DNA from: a virus | Taxonomy: Duplodnaviria > Caudoviricetes | IMG/VR virus record: IMGVR_UViG_3300049186_000021 | Coordinates: 1 to 57,237 of that record | Length of the DNA stretch: 57,237 nt | Strand: one strand, 5' to 3' | Part shown: positions 10,185 to 20,447 of the stretch, piece by piece | Numbering within the stretch: position 1 is the stretch's first letter | How the letters are laid out: each line of letters begins with the position of its first letter | The notes under the pieces: generated by a model | Seen by the model: only the letters and a program-made list of their open reading frames with translations | Databases searched by the model: none | Told to the model about the DNA's origin: nothing | Made by a program: the position numbers and the translations under genes

Positions 10185-11508
10185 CAGTATTTCCACTGGC
10201 CGGAGCCTCGGGGATTTGCGGTAGCGTCGATTGGACCACGGTGCCATCCTCAATAATAACACCGGGAAGTTCGCCGTCAAGAGTTTTTCCAACCCGTTCA
10301 ATCCAGAGTTGCGTGTCGTGCGCTTCGGCCACTTTGATCAGTTCGGCCAGCGTGTTCTCGTCCATGACGGAGCCGTCACGAATCAACATCACGCGCAGCT
10401 TCGGATTGAGCGCGAAACCGATGGCCGCGCTGATCTTCAGCCGTTGCGCCGTGGAGAGTTGCTCGAACGGAATGCCGTTGAAGGTCACGGTGCCCAAGGA
10501 CGAAAATCCAAGGCCCTGAATGGGATACTTCGCATCGGCGATTTGCTTTGCCTTTGCCGCCGTAATGTCATCCAGCCGCTTCGTCAGATCGCCCGATTTC
10601 TTCATGAGACCGGCGCGGGACTCAAACTGGACTCGCAATTCGTTGTTGGCCCGGATGGCCGCGTTTGTCGTTTGGGCGTTGAGCACTTGGTCGTCGAAAC
10701 CTTTGAGGCTTTCGAATTCGGGAACGACGAGCGCCTTCAATTGATCCTCCAGTGACGCACGCTGGACTTCAAGCAAGGTTCTTTTGTGGCGCGCTTCCGC
10801 GAGTTGCCGCTCCAGCGATTGGATCAAATCGTCCTGTATGATTTTGTCGCGCTCGGTAAGGTGTATCCCGCGCCGGATTTCATCACGAGTGTCGTGGACC
10901 GACCGGATCGCGTCGTTTTTCTTCACGACCGCGTCGCGTTCAGCGATGATGGTTCGCACGTCGATCTCGGTCAGTGGCAGCTTATTGTTGACCGTCTGAT
11001 TGCCGATTTTCGAGTTGACCGTCGAGAGCGCCCGGTTGACATCAGTGCGTTCCAAATAAAGCTTGGCATGCTCCGCATCGAGAGCCGTCGTATCGATGCC
11101 GATGAGTTTGCGAAGAACGTCCGCCTGTGCCTCCGGCTTCAGCCGGGTGAACGCGAGCGGATCAAAAGTTAGAGTGCCGACAAGGTTGTCGAGCACGGCT
11201 TGCGGCGATGAGAGCTTCTTTCCGTCCTTCCCTTCGACCTTCAGAGTGCCGCCTCCTGCCGCCGTAAACGTCCGGGTGACAATCAAGTCATCCAGTTCGA
11301 CGATGCTCTTTGCAACGCTTTCACCATCGCGAATCGGACGCTCGCACACGAGCCCGAGACCGCCCAGCGCGTAAGTGATTGAATCGATGACAGAGGTCTT
11401 GCCCTGTTCATTCTGGCCAACAATGGCCACATGCGACCCGCCCGGCGTGATATGCACGGCCCGGAGTCGCTTAATATTTTCAGACGTGAGGGATAGGATT
11501 TTGCTCAT
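10174..11508 (-). CDS. SMC/Rad50-like coiled-coil ATPase
   Basis: Walker A GQNEQGKTS, long coiled coil, signature LSTAQR, Walker B-like MLIRDGS. Confidence 0.85.
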   Translation of the reverse strand: MSKILSLTSENIKRLRAVHITPGGSHVAIVGQNEQGKTSVIDSITYALGGLGLVCERPIRDGESVAKSIVELDDLIVTRTFTAAGGGTLKVEGKDGKKLSSPQAVLDNLVGTLTFDPLAFTRLKPEAQADVLRKLIGIDTTALDAEHAKLYLERTDVNRALSTVNSKIGNQTVNNKLPLTEIDVRTIIAERDAVVKKNDAIRSVHDTRDEIRRGIHLTERDKIIQDDLIQSLERQLAEARHKRTLLEVQRASLEDQLKALVVPEFESLKGFDDQVLNAQTTNAAIRANNELRVQFESRAGLMKKSGDLTKRLDDITAAKAKQIADAKYPIQGLGFSSLGTVTFNGIPFEQLSTAQRLKISAAIGFALNPKLRVMLIRDGSVMDENTLAELIKVAEAHDTQLWIERVGKTLDGELPGVIIEDGTVVQSTLPQIPEAPASGNTACV

Positions 11509-11514
11509 AAAAGG

Positions 11515-11543
11515 AAGGAGTAGACGGTCCTTGTCTACTCCTT
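11515..11543 (-). terminator. intrinsic terminator after the SSB-like gene
   Basis: 11-bp stem AAGGAGTAGAC/GTCTACTCCTT followed by a T-rich run. Confidence 0.65.
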
Positions 11544-11551
11544 TTGGTTGA

Positions 11552-12499
11552 TTATTCGTCGGCCTGATCAGGCGCGCCCTGTTGCGGGGCGACACTGCCG
11601 CCCAACACTTCACTAACGAACGCGATGAATTCAGGAGTCGAGTTTTCCGCAGGGATGCACACAGGCACCCACGTCGGATTCTTCTTCGGCCCGAGAGGCT
11701 TCAACTTCGTGGTGAAGTTGTAGTTTTTCGTCGGGTAGCCCTTCATCAAGCAGCCCATCTTGCGATGCGTGAAGAACACAGTCTTCGCCGCTGCCGTGTA
11801 GGCGCTGCCTTTCATGCCCCACAGACCGAGGGCATACTTGTGTCCGTCCACCGGGTAGACGAAAACACTGTCGTCGTCGGCGCAATGCGCCGGGCGACGG
11901 ATCGCCACGAGGGCTTCAGCGAGAGGCTGGAACAGCTTCGCGCCCGAGGCTTTCTTCAGTTCCCACTCTTTGTAGTCGAGAGTCCCACCGCAGCTACGGA
12001 CTTGGTCTTCCGTGTTGCAGATGATACCGCGACCGCCGCCGTCCACCTTCTCAACGAACCGAGTCGGGCGGAACCCGAGCACAGTGATGTTGACCGGAGG
12101 AAGGGCCGGGCTGACGACTTCGTCAACGCCAAGCTGTTCGTTCTTCCGCAGCAAAGGCGGCGTAAACAGAACCGTGGACTGATTGAAAACAATCGCGCCC
12201 ACCGGGAACGATTCTTTCAGTTTCCCGATGCCGTGAACGAGGTTGATGCGCGGCATGACGATCTCCGAAAAATCGGGGATCACGTCGCCGAGGACGAAGC
12301 CGCCACGATTCGAAAGCGAATGAGACGGGCGCGTCGCAACCGCTTGAGACGGGGCCGCAGCCGGAGCAGCCGCATGAGTGTTCACGGACTCAACTGCCAC
12401 ACCGGGAACCGGGGTAGGAGTTGAAACAACCTCCGACTTAACTTCAATCACTGGGGCCGGAGCCGCGCCCGCAGGATTACCGAATTGAACTTCTGCCAT
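11552..12499 (-). CDS. putative single-stranded DNA-binding protein
   Basis: position between nuclease and ATPase in the replication block; PRINLVHG motif; acidic C-terminal end. Confidence 0.5.
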   Translation of the reverse strand: MAEVQFGNPAGAAPAPVIEVKSEVVSTPTPVPGVAVESVNTHAAAPAAAPSQAVATRPSHSLSNRGGFVLGDVIPDFSEIVMPRINLVHGIGKLKESFPVGAIVFNQSTVLFTPPLLRKNEQLGVDEVVSPALPPVNITVLGFRPTRFVEKVDGGGRGIICNTEDQVRSCGGTLDYKEWELKKASGAKLFQPLAEALVAIRRPAHCADDDSVFVYPVDGHKYALGLWGMKGSAYTAAAKTVFFTHRKMGCLMKGYPTKNYNFTTKLKPLGPKKNPTWVPVCIPAENSTPEFIAFVSEVLGGSVAPQQGAPDQADE

Positions 12500-12515
12500 T
12501 TTGATTTCTTACGTG

Positions 12516-13799
12516 TTAGTTTGTTTGTTCCTGTGTCGTTACTTTGTCCTTCTTAGCCGGAACCGCCTTGAGGAAACTGAATGGATCGCCCTTTTTCACC
12601 GCGCCGGATTCGAGCAACTCGGTTTGGTATGCCTCGACTTGCGTCTTCTTCTGGCCGCGCGGCGCGCGCTCGGAGATGATATCTTCGATGGGCGTGAACG
12701 TCGGATCAAGCGTGGCCATATACTCGGCTTCGGTGATGTATTTCAGCGTGATCGACTTAAATTTTTCCTTGTCCAGAATTTCGCGCTTGGACATGGACAC
12801 GATGATTTGACCTTCCGGGAGTGGCGCGTCGCCCCGGATTACCCGGTCACTGACCTGACGACGAAAAGCTTCGCACCAGACCTTGAGCACCCCGGCCAGC
12901 TTCAGACCAAGGTCTGAATTTTTCGCATCGTGGACCATCGACGGTGTGATGTCGGCGGGAATTTCCATCGGGTGAAACTTCGAGCCGACCTTGCAGGCGA
13001 ATTCTGCCACCTTCGGGCACACCCCAATGTTGGCGCAGAAGTTGCACGCGGGCACCATGGGCCGGGCCATCGAAAAATCCTGAAGGCGACGAGCCTCGCG
13101 AGCGCGGGCGACGACGACTTGAACCCGCAGATAAAGCTCATCGAACTGAGCGCGGGTGAACTTGGCGCTGGACAGCGCGTTCAAGAGAGGCTGTTTGAAC
13201 CAGAAGATGACTTCTTCAAGGTTGGCCCGCGAACGGAACAACCCGATAAGGTAACAGATGCCCTGAAGATTGGTTTCGGCTTCCTCGACCGGCCACATGC
13301 CGAATTTCCAGTCGAACAACTCGGCGCGAGTGCCGCAGTGAGAGATCAGCGCGCGGTCCACGTAGCCTGCCGTAGTTGCTTCAACTCGTTCGCTTACTAA
13401 CTGCCCTGTGAGCGGATCAGTGTAGAGATCGAAGAAGACTTTGGCATCGACGGCGAGATAGGTCTCTTTCAGTTCGGTGAGTTTCGGCACGATGACTTCC
13501 GCAGCTTCAACGACTTCCAGTATGGTCGCGCCTGCACAATGCTTTGCCACTTCACGCTGCCGAGCTTCCTCCATCAACTGCTTGCGGCGCTCGTAAAATT
13601 CCATGCACTCCACGGCATTGAGAGTGTCCTCATCGCTCAGGCGCGCGTCGTCCTCGCCCGTCTCGGTGACGTTGTGGGCGATGGTGCCCATGATCGACCG
13701 AATGTGAGTCACGTCCTTTCGGCTGCGATAGACCGGGCAGACTTCAAGCGTCTGCGTCGTGGACGGCGAGTAGCTGTGATGTTTGCGTTCCTCGCTCAT
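12516..13799 (-). CDS. PD-(D/E)XK nuclease (DUF2800/Cas4-like exonuclease)
   Basis: HSYSPS..CP, GTIAH, GYVDR...LFDWKFG, LQGICY, CNFC...CP. Confidence 0.85.
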   Translation of the reverse strand: MSEERKHHSYSPSTTQTLEVCPVYRSRKDVTHIRSIMGTIAHNVTETGEDDARLSDEDTLNAVECMEFYERRKQLMEEARQREVAKHCAGATILEVVEAAEVIVPKLTELKETYLAVDAKVFFDLYTDPLTGQLVSERVEATTAGYVDRALISHCGTRAELFDWKFGMWPVEEAETNLQGICYLIGLFRSRANLEEVIFWFKQPLLNALSSAKFTRAQFDELYLRVQVVVARAREARRLQDFSMARPMVPACNFCANIGVCPKVAEFACKVGSKFHPMEIPADITPSMVHDAKNSDLGLKLAGVLKVWCEAFRRQVSDRVIRGDAPLPEGQIIVSMSKREILDKEKFKSITLKYITEAEYMATLDPTFTPIEDIISERAPRGQKKTQVEAYQTELLESGAVKKGDPFSFLKAVPAKKDKVTTQEQTN

Positions 13800-14167
13800 C
13801 GATTCAGGTTCAAAGGTTTTGGACGAAGGATTGTAGCAGGATCACGATCCATGAGCGGCTCCCAATTCTCCGTCAGGGTTTTAAAATCTGATTCGCCTGC
13901 CAGCCATTTCGCCGCTTCGACACCACCCTCAAAAATGTTATCAACATGCCAATTGATACCGTCCTCGCCAGAACATTCCTGCTCGTAGCACTCGTCCTTT
14001 TTATCGTAAAGATCATTCTCAGAAAGACGATTTTCGAGCACGTTAACCTGCGCGTCAATCGCCGCGTGATGGTCGTCACCGAAGCCGGAGTAATGAAGCA
14101 CGCGGGGCTTCATCTTTTTGAGAGCGGCGATTTGTTGATCGATTTGCTTTTTAGTTGGAGTTTTCAT
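13796..14167 (-). CDS. hypothetical protein
   Basis: ATGA overlap with the nuclease gene. Confidence 0.6.
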   Translation of the reverse strand: MKTPTKKQIDQQIAALKKMKPRVLHYSGFGDDHHAAIDAQVNVLENRLSENDLYDKKDECYEQECSGEDGINWHVDNIFEGGVEAAKWLAGESDFKTLTENWEPLMDRDPATILRPKPLNLNR

Positions 14168-14553
14168 GTCGTGCGAGACGGAGCCACTCGTCGAACCAAT
14201 CAGACGAGTGCCACGGCTGGTAGGCCGCAGAGCGAAACATTAGGGACGACCGAATGCCCGGCGATATGCAGGGCGTTCCGGGTTGAGGCGTTCGTGACGG
14301 GTGATGCTTTGCTTCACCCCCTGTTCGTTGGTGTTGTGGTAAACCACCATTTCGATGTTTTTCTTGGGCGAGACCGAAATCACGCGCCGTCCTATTTTTT
14401 CACTCATTTCAATTCTTCTCGTTTTCAGTATAGTGTCGGTCAGGGTGTCAAAATGCCAACTAGTATTTTCGTAAAATCGCTTTTTTCAGGGAGTCGCGGA
14501 CCGAAGGCTTGGGAGCGGGTTTGGCGGGTTTGGAAGGCTTTTTCTTCATACGC

Positions 14554-16080
14554 CTATAAAGTGCCTACCCCGGCGAACTTCGTCAACTTCAAATTATCAG
14601 GGTAAAAGTCCCCATCGTTCAGCATGTCGATGTTGTTTAAACGTGACCGAAGATGCTTGTGGATGGTTTCCTCGCACGAGTTGGCGGCGAAGATCAACCG
14701 GTAATGCGACTTCGACATCCCACCGTCGCGTTGAAATCGACCAAAGACTTGCTGCATCGTGACCGCCGACAGCCCCGGCATGACGATTCCGATGCGCGGG
14801 AAAGCGCCATGCAAATCCTGCAAGCTCACTCCAATGCCCCCGGCCTCGTTGTTCACCACAATCATCCGAATCAGATTCGCTTGAAACTGATCGATGAAAA
14901 ACTGGCGCTGAGCCAAGCCCTTCGTGCCGGTCTGCGTCCCGTCGATGAACGCCGTGCAGCCCAATCGCCGTTTCACTTCCTCAAGGGTCTGCGAAAAGTT
15001 GACGAAAATGCCGACCGAGTAACCCTTGGCGGTGAAGTCCTCGGCAAGCTCGACGGCCACGGGCACCTTCAGCAACTCCAATTCCTGCCGGGCGCGCAGC
15101 ATCATCGTCATCGGATGCCACGGCGCTTTGTCGTTGGCCTTGCGTTGCTCCAGCGTGGCCAGTGCTTCGCCCATCTGCGCGTAAAGACCGTCTACCTTTT
15201 CCGCCTCGGCGATGTCGTAAAGCTCGGCGGTAATCTCGCGCTCCGGGAAGCCGGGGATGTCCTCCGACCGCACCCGCACCCCGCGCGCCGGGATGATCTG
15301 CCGGTGAATGTCGGCCATGAAATCTCGCTGGCGTTCCTCTCCCACGAGCCATTTGAGCGCCCGCGTGCCCGGCAGCGCCGCCGCACCGTTGCGCTTGGCC
15401 CAATTGTAGAAGCTCGGCTTGCGGAGTAGCCCGGCTATGATGTCCTGATTGAGCCCGTGCAAGTCCAGCAGGTAGCCCATCGCGCGCATCTGGAGCGGGT
15501 TGCTCGCAAGCGTTGCGGACAATCCCAGTGACTTTATCCCCTGCCGCTTCGTCGCTATCAGCATCTCAGCGTTGAGCGAGTCCGTGCCGGAGCAACGATG
15601 AACCTCGTCGAAGATCGCGAACTTCACCCCCGGATGGAAACTGAATTTGCCGTATTTCCAATGCTTCTTTTTGATATTAATGCAGTGCGCTCCTGTCGGA
15701 TGGCAGTAGCACGGGATGAAATGGTCGAAGTCCACCTTGCGCTGGCACGTTTGGCAGACGTATTCTTCCTCCCGAACGAAGTCGCTCGGCGGCGTGTTTT
15801 CCCAGCAGCCGAAGGGCGTGCGCCCAGTTCGGAGCATCTCGTAGTTGATGACTGAGAACGAGTCCTTGAAGTAAGCAGCCGCCCGCTTCCACGCGGTCAT
15901 CACGATTTTCGGACAGACTACCAATGTCGGCCACTGGAGCGCATTCGCTACGGCGCACGCCGTAAACGTCTTGCCTGTGCCGGTGCCCGAGGTATCAACG
16001 ACGAATTGGTGCTTCGTCAGAAGGTCACATAGCCACTTCGCCGGATCGACCTGATGCGGGCGAAGTTTATCTACTTGCAT
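14554..16080 (-). CDS. superfamily 2 (SNF2-like) helicase
   Basis: LRPHQ, GTGTGKT, DEVH, SAT, GGIGVSL, QQVFGRFQR. Confidence 0.9.
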   Translation of the reverse strand: MQVDKLRPHQVDPAKWLCDLLTKHQFVVDTSGTGTGKTFTACAVANALQWPTLVVCPKIVMTAWKRAAAYFKDSFSVINYEMLRTGRTPFGCWENTPPSDFVREEEYVCQTCQRKVDFDHFIPCYCHPTGAHCINIKKKHWKYGKFSFHPGVKFAIFDEVHRCSGTDSLNAEMLIATKRQGIKSLGLSATLASNPLQMRAMGYLLDLHGLNQDIIAGLLRKPSFYNWAKRNGAAALPGTRALKWLVGEERQRDFMADIHRQIIPARGVRVRSEDIPGFPEREITAELYDIAEAEKVDGLYAQMGEALATLEQRKANDKAPWHPMTMMLRARQELELLKVPVAVELAEDFTAKGYSVGIFVNFSQTLEEVKRRLGCTAFIDGTQTGTKGLAQRQFFIDQFQANLIRMIVVNNEAGGIGVSLQDLHGAFPRIGIVMPGLSAVTMQQVFGRFQRDGGMSKSHYRLIFAANSCEETIHKHLRSRLNNIDMLNDGDFYPDNLKLTKFAGVGTL

Positions 16081-16322
16081 ATGCGCCGGTATCCGTCTTT
16101 CCACAACGCATCGCGCAATGCGCGTGTGACAATTCGCATTTGTTTTTCGGTCCAATGGGGCGCGGCTTCGTGCAAAGCTTCGTGCATGATTGTTTCAAGC
16201 CGCTTCTTCGGCGTGGCACGTGGATCAATATCGATCTGCCCAGTCTTCAAGCATATCACGCCCCACTCTTTCGACAGGCGACGCTCACGAATTTTTAAGT
16301 GACGACGGAATCGTGGCTTCAT
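16071..16322 (-). CDS. small HEXXH metallopeptidase-like protein
   Basis: WGVI...IDIDPR...ETIMHEALH. Confidence 0.6.
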   Translation of the reverse strand: MKPRFRRHLKIRERRLSKEWGVICLKTGQIDIDPRATPKKRLETIMHEALHEAAPHWTEKQMRIVTRALRDALWKDGYRRICK

Positions 16323-16849
16323 TGGATGACTAAACGAAAAAACATTTGAGGCTTTGGAGACTGCCACGTCGAACTAGACCACGGGCCGTCGAGCGAGGTA
16401 GCCCATTCCACAGTAGCAATGCGCTCCGGGCCAGCCGGGAGTTGGATGCGAAAATCATGGAACCCGTAAAACGGGAGCCGGTAGTTGCCAGCGGCAGAGA
16501 ACGTCAAGAATTCTGTTTGCTGTGGCTCCGTCCAGTTCGTCGGGAAGCCCGGAGGGTCTTGCGGCACGGTCCAGCTTACGGCCCGCACCCGGTAATATTG
16601 CGGAATACCTTTTCGGCGCGGCGCATTGTCAATGTGGACGGGCTCCCACGTCAGGGCGATATCGTGCCAGCGCACCGGATTGGTTATCTCGGGATGGTCC
16701 GTCCAACTTACGATGTAGTTGTCGGCCTCGGGCACTCGATCCCATGTCAGGATCGCACCTTGGACGGCTTCGCCGCCTTTAACGGCGAAGCCGTAGTGAG
16801 CTTGGAAGTTCTGAGGGACCGCAAGAAGGGCGAGTAGGCACAGTATCAT
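16319..16849 (-). CDS. secreted FN3-like protein with a Verrucomicrobiota-style C-terminal motif
   Basis: hydrophobic signal MILCLLALLAV; LTWDRVPEADNYIVSW...YYRVRAV; ends EWATSLDGPWSS...PQMFFRLVIQ. Confidence 0.6.
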   Translation of the reverse strand: MILCLLALLAVPQNFQAHYGFAVKGGEAVQGAILTWDRVPEADNYIVSWTDHPEITNPVRWHDIALTWEPVHIDNAPRRKGIPQYYRVRAVSWTVPQDPPGFPTNWTEPQQTEFLTFSAAGNYRLPFYGFHDFRIQLPAGPERIATVEWATSLDGPWSSSTWQSPKPQMFFRLVIQ

Positions 16850-16868
16850 TTTTCTGATATAGTGCCGA

Positions 16869-16888
16869 TTGACACCAATTGGTGTCAA
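16869..16888. promoter_or_regulatory. palindrome copy 2 (20 bp here), which supplies the -35 of a minus-strand TTGACA-N16-GGCACT promoter
   Basis: TTGACACCAATTGGTGTCAA; GGCACT at 16866-16861 on the minus strand. Confidence 0.85.
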
Positions 16889-17157
16889 CTATCATCTGGC
16901 GATTCTTTCGTCATCGTGTCGTCCTGATGCAAAAACATGTGGATCAAAGCGGCATCCATGTCTTTCCTGACCTTCTTTTTCAGGGTGTCGCTCTTACCGA
17001 ACACATGCACTTTGTCCCGCTCCCCCTCTATCGAAACGAACCCAGCCGATATAACCTCGTTGTCCGAAAAGCAACTCGCAACATCCTTGTGGTGCAACGT
17101 CGAAGCGAACATGATGGGTGTCGGGAGTCCGTCGTTGTCAATCATGATGTATTTCAT
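16885..17157 (-). CDS. hypothetical protein
   Basis: MKYIMI...H...ISAGFV...FGKSDTL, resembles small phage proteins. Confidence 0.6.
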   Translation of the reverse strand: MKYIMIDNDGLPTPIMFASTLHHKDVASCFSDNEVISAGFVSIEGERDKVHVFGKSDTLKKKVRKDMDAALIHMFLHQDDTMTKESPDDS

Positions 17158-17168
17158 ATAGGCATGAC

Positions 17169-17204
17169 AAAGCCCGGTGCCAAAATACTTCAGCACCGGG
17201 CTTT
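17169..17204. terminator. 12-bp stem-loop terminator
   Basis: AAAGCCCGGTGC/GCACCGGGCTTT just after the 17220-17897 gene. Confidence 0.7.
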
Positions 17205-17219
17205 GCTTGGGTTGGCGGG

Positions 17220-17897
17220 TTAAGTGTTCTTGATGATGTCCCGCACGTGGGCCAAGACATCCTCCGCTTTCATCGTGGAGAGGCGCGCCCCCTGTCGCTT
17301 CGCCCACGAGTCGATCTCGTCGATGATTTCGGTGCGGCGCACGAGATCGCCATTACCGCCACCGTTACCCGGCGTGGTAGCCCGCTTCTTCGGCTTGGCG
17401 AAAGCCTTCGGCGCAACCTCGTGCGCAGTGCGGGAGACGATGACCCCGGTGATCGGCTGATCGGGCGGGGACTGCTCCAGCACTCGCTCGAAAACCTTGC
17501 GCTGCTGCGCGGCGCTGAGAGGCGCGAGCGACCGGATGGTGGACTCCTTCAGGTGCCCCGTAACCTCGGGCGGCGTGACGGACGCGATGTTGTCCACGAC
17601 CTGAGCGGCTGCGATGAGCCGGTTGGCCTGAGTCTTCGACATCTCCCACCGTTTCCGGCAGTAGTCCTCGAAGGTCGCGTGCTCCACCCGATAGAGCCGC
17701 TTATCGCGAATCTCCCGGAGCGCGTGCCCGGCAGGCGCGAAAGACTCTAAGTGCCTCTGCACCTGTTGCTCGTCATTTTCGAGCATCTGTTTTTCTGCCG
17801 CGCTCAACGGCTTCGGGCCGCGAGCTTTGGCGACTTTACCTTTACCTCCACGGCGAACCGTGGAGCCGACAACTTCCAACGTATCTGGCGTATTCAT
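17220..17897 (-). CDS. DNA-binding protein (DUF3102/ParB-HTH-like family)
   Basis: GHALREIRDKRLYR..HATFEDYCRKRWEMSKTQANRLIAAA motif; basic N-terminus. Confidence 0.65.
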   Translation of the reverse strand: MNTPDTLEVVGSTVRRGGKGKVAKARGPKPLSAAEKQMLENDEQQVQRHLESFAPAGHALREIRDKRLYRVEHATFEDYCRKRWEMSKTQANRLIAAAQVVDNIASVTPPEVTGHLKESTIRSLAPLSAAQQRKVFERVLEQSPPDQPITGVIVSRTAHEVAPKAFAKPKKRATTPGNGGGNGDLVRRTEIIDEIDSWAKRQGARLSTMKAEDVLAHVRDIIKNT

Positions 17898-18008
17898 TTT
17901 GTTTACCTTTTGTTTTTATGTCTTTGCTTTATTGCATTGACAGTTACAATACTACCAGAAACGACCAAGGAAAGCTATGGGGTAAATCCCCCATACCGGG
18001 GTAGGTGT

Positions 18009-18542
18009 TTACCTACCACTGTTTAAACAATACTGCAACCACTTGTTGACGATCTTCGCGCGATACCAATCATACCAATATCCGCGCCCGTTTTTCGACA
18101 CTCCAGAAGGAGCGTTGTTTACATACTCGTCAACTTCGCCCGAGAGCCAGCCACGAAAAAGGTAGAACCACTTCGGGTCGTAGAGCACGGACATCTTGTC
18201 CGGCAGATAGAGATCGCTCACTTTGGCTTCGTGCGTCGCCGCGTAATGCGTGGAGTGGTAGAGGGACAGCCGCCACGCGGCGTAAGCCAGCATAGCGTTC
18301 CCGCAACTCAAGCTGTAGACTATGTCGCAGGTGATCGCCGCACCCCCTTCCGGGTGTCGCTGTCCTTCCTCGCCGTCCATGTTTTCGCATCCCCAATAGC
18401 CCCAATCATGGCAGACGATGGCGACAAGCTCCCACCACTTCGGCCAGCGACGATAGCATTTGCGCCACGCGCAGACGATAGTGATCGGGTGCCAAATAAA
18501 CTGGTGGACGCCGAACAGCAGGGAGAGAGTGCCAATTTTCAT
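18009..18542 (-). CDS. HD-superfamily-like hydrolase
   Basis: H...CHDWG...HP...YHS...PDK residue pattern; start at MKIGTL. Confidence 0.5.
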   Translation of the reverse strand: MKIGTLSLLFGVHQFIWHPITIVCAWRKCYRRWPKWWELVAIVCHDWGYWGCENMDGEEGQRHPEGGAAITCDIVYSLSCGNAMLAYAAWRLSLYHSTHYAATHEAKVSDLYLPDKMSVLYDPKWFYLFRGWLSGEVDEYVNNAPSGVSKNGRGYWYDWYRAKIVNKWLQYCLNSGR

Positions 18543-18633
18543 TTCGACAGAGTGACGACCAAAGTCCAGATTGTCCCCGCGAGCAGGAACAATGAGCCGA
18601 CAAGGTAACAGATGAGAGGGCCGACGACGTGCA

Positions 18634-19596
18634 TCATTCGACCACCACGTCGAAGTTTGACGACGGCACAGCTTCAGCAATCGCGATCTCCTGCAAAAAG
18701 CTGGCGACCGTGTGGAGCCGTATCGACGGCGGCGCGACTTCGTTGTCGTTCCAGATGACGCGCAACTTGTTGCCCGGCTGTTTGAGTTTTGCGGCCACGT
18801 CACGATCCAAATGAATCGCGAGATGCTCCGACACATTGGACAATTCCTTCGACTGCGGCGTCAGCTTTTTCGCCGCCAGCCGCTTCGCCCATGTCTGCGG
18901 AGAGCACATGACGTGGTAGTGAGTCCAGCCGCCGTCACGTAGCGCCTTGAATTCTGGCTCGAACCGCGCGTTGGTTGACGCGATGCGTTTACCGGGGTTG
19001 GCCGCAGAAAAAGCTTCGGCCCGACGCACGACACCGTTCGTCCAAAGCATCTGGTCAGAGCCAAATTTGTCCCACTCAATCCCATAGTCCTTGCTCAGCG
19101 CGCCGTGGGCGGCGAGGGAACGGATCAAGGCGATGAAGATCGACCGCGCCGGGGTATACGGCGTCTCGGCGTCCACGTGGGCGCGCCCCCACTGGCCGAT
19201 AGATTGCAGCCACGAGCGCATGCCGGGCAAATCCTTATTGGTGTTTCGATCCACCTGAATTCCGAAGAAGTAGCTGGCGAGGTAATAGATCGGGTCAGCG
19301 AACCCGAAAATCTCGGCGTTCATTTGGTCAGCAATCCAGTCCTTGCCCGTGGCGAGTCGTCCAGTGAAGTAAACGCGACTGTGGTCAACTGGCACGGACG
19401 CCGGTAACGGAGCCGCAGGCGCAGACTCGGGTTGAAGGACACGCGGCTGGATTAAGACTTTCGTCTCCACCCCCGGAGGAACCTCCGCGCCGGTCACTGC
19501 CGGATTATTCACAAAGCCCAAAAGGCCGTTTAACGCCAACGCCTCAGCGTGGCCCGCATTCTTGATGGTGACTTCTGCACCGTGTAGTTCGTTCAT
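18634..19596 (-). CDS. deoxynucleoside monophosphate kinase-like P-loop protein
   Basis: YFTGRLATGKD, FGFADPI, RSWLQSIG, NARFEPE and SE motifs typical of phage dNMP kinases. Confidence 0.75.
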   Translation of the reverse strand: MNELHGAEVTIKNAGHAEALALNGLLGFVNNPAVTGAEVPPGVETKVLIQPRVLQPESAPAAPLPASVPVDHSRVYFTGRLATGKDWIADQMNAEIFGFADPIYYLASYFFGIQVDRNTNKDLPGMRSWLQSIGQWGRAHVDAETPYTPARSIFIALIRSLAAHGALSKDYGIEWDKFGSDQMLWTNGVVRRAEAFSAANPGKRIASTNARFEPEFKALRDGGWTHYHVMCSPQTWAKRLAAKKLTPQSKELSNVSEHLAIHLDRDVAAKLKQPGNKLRVIWNDNEVAPPSIRLHTVASFLQEIAIAEAVPSSNFDVVVE

Positions 19597-19602
19597 TGTA
19601 GA

Positions 19603-19953
19603 TTAACAGGACCGAGCCCGACGTATGTCTTCCTCGATCATCAACGCGAGACGAGGATTAATCTCCACACTCGTCAGTCGGTGAATTTCTTGCTTCAAAT
19701 CAAAATTCTCTCTTGAGAGACGCCGAATCGCCGCCGCAGTAATTCGGTTAGCTGCTCTAGACAAGGCCAAAGCCGCCTTCGTTCGGTCAAGCTCTCGATA
19801 CACTTCATTCAGATCGCATCGCAATTGCACGATCTGTTTCCCCAGCGAAATATTTTCATCGGTTAACTGGGTAACGCGTTCCATAGAAGCAACGTGCGCC
19901 TCCTTGCGCACGTGCTCGATTTCTTTTTGCATCCGCATGGCGAGCGTCACCAC
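19603..19953 (-). CDS. coiled-coil hypothetical protein
   Basis: heptad-rich ORF in the operon. Confidence 0.5.
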   Translation of the reverse strand: MVTLAMRMQKEIEHVRKEAHVASMERVTQLTDENISLGKQIVQLRCDLNEVYRELDRTKAALALSRAANRITAAAIRRLSRENFDLKQEIHRLTSVEINPRLALMIEEDIRRARSC

Positions 19954-20447
19954 AGCCTCGCTTCGGTCATCGCTCTGCCTTGGGCGGCGATATGCTTGGA
20001 GTGACGCTTCGCGATTTCGTTGTTCACCCGAATGATCTGCTGATCATGGGCGACGATGGCAGAAGACAGGAACGCACGCACTTTTTCGGCGTTCTCATCC
20101 GTCCCGATGATGCGTTTAAACATCTTCGGGATATGATGATGCCTCTTGGCATAGCTGCGGCGAAAAGACCGGCCAAGTTGGCAAAAGTTCATCTCGCTGA
20201 CCTTGCGCTCCGGCTTGCCGGACTTCTTCGTGGCGATGGGAACATACACCCGCTCCCGAGAGCGAAAGCATTCCTTACGGAACGCAGCCGTGGTGTGTGC
20301 CGAATCGATGAGGGCTTCGGCAGAAGTTTCCAGAGGCATGCCTTCTCGGTCGGCGAGCTTGACCTGATGCTTCAAACTCTGCGCTTTCGCTTTGTGGTCG
20401 GCCCGCATCGCACGACGATTCTCTGCTCGTGTAAAGTTCCGGTTCAC
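19947..20447 (-). CDS. basic hypothetical protein
   Basis: overlapping-codon operon structure. Confidence 0.55.
   Translation of the reverse strand: MNRNFTRAENRRAMRADHKAKAQSLKHQVKLADREGMPLETSAEALIDSAHTTAAFRKECFRSRERVYVPIATKKSGKPERKVSEMNFCQLGRSFRRSYAKRHHHIPKMFKRIIGTDENAEKVRAFLSSAIVAHDQQIIRVNNEIAKRHSKHIAAQGRAMTEARLW

Noticed and set aside
12516-13799. Cas4-like nuclease as part of a CRISPR-Cas system
   Set aside because: No cas1/cas2 or array; it lies in the replication block, as is usual for phage PD-(D/E)XK exonucleases.
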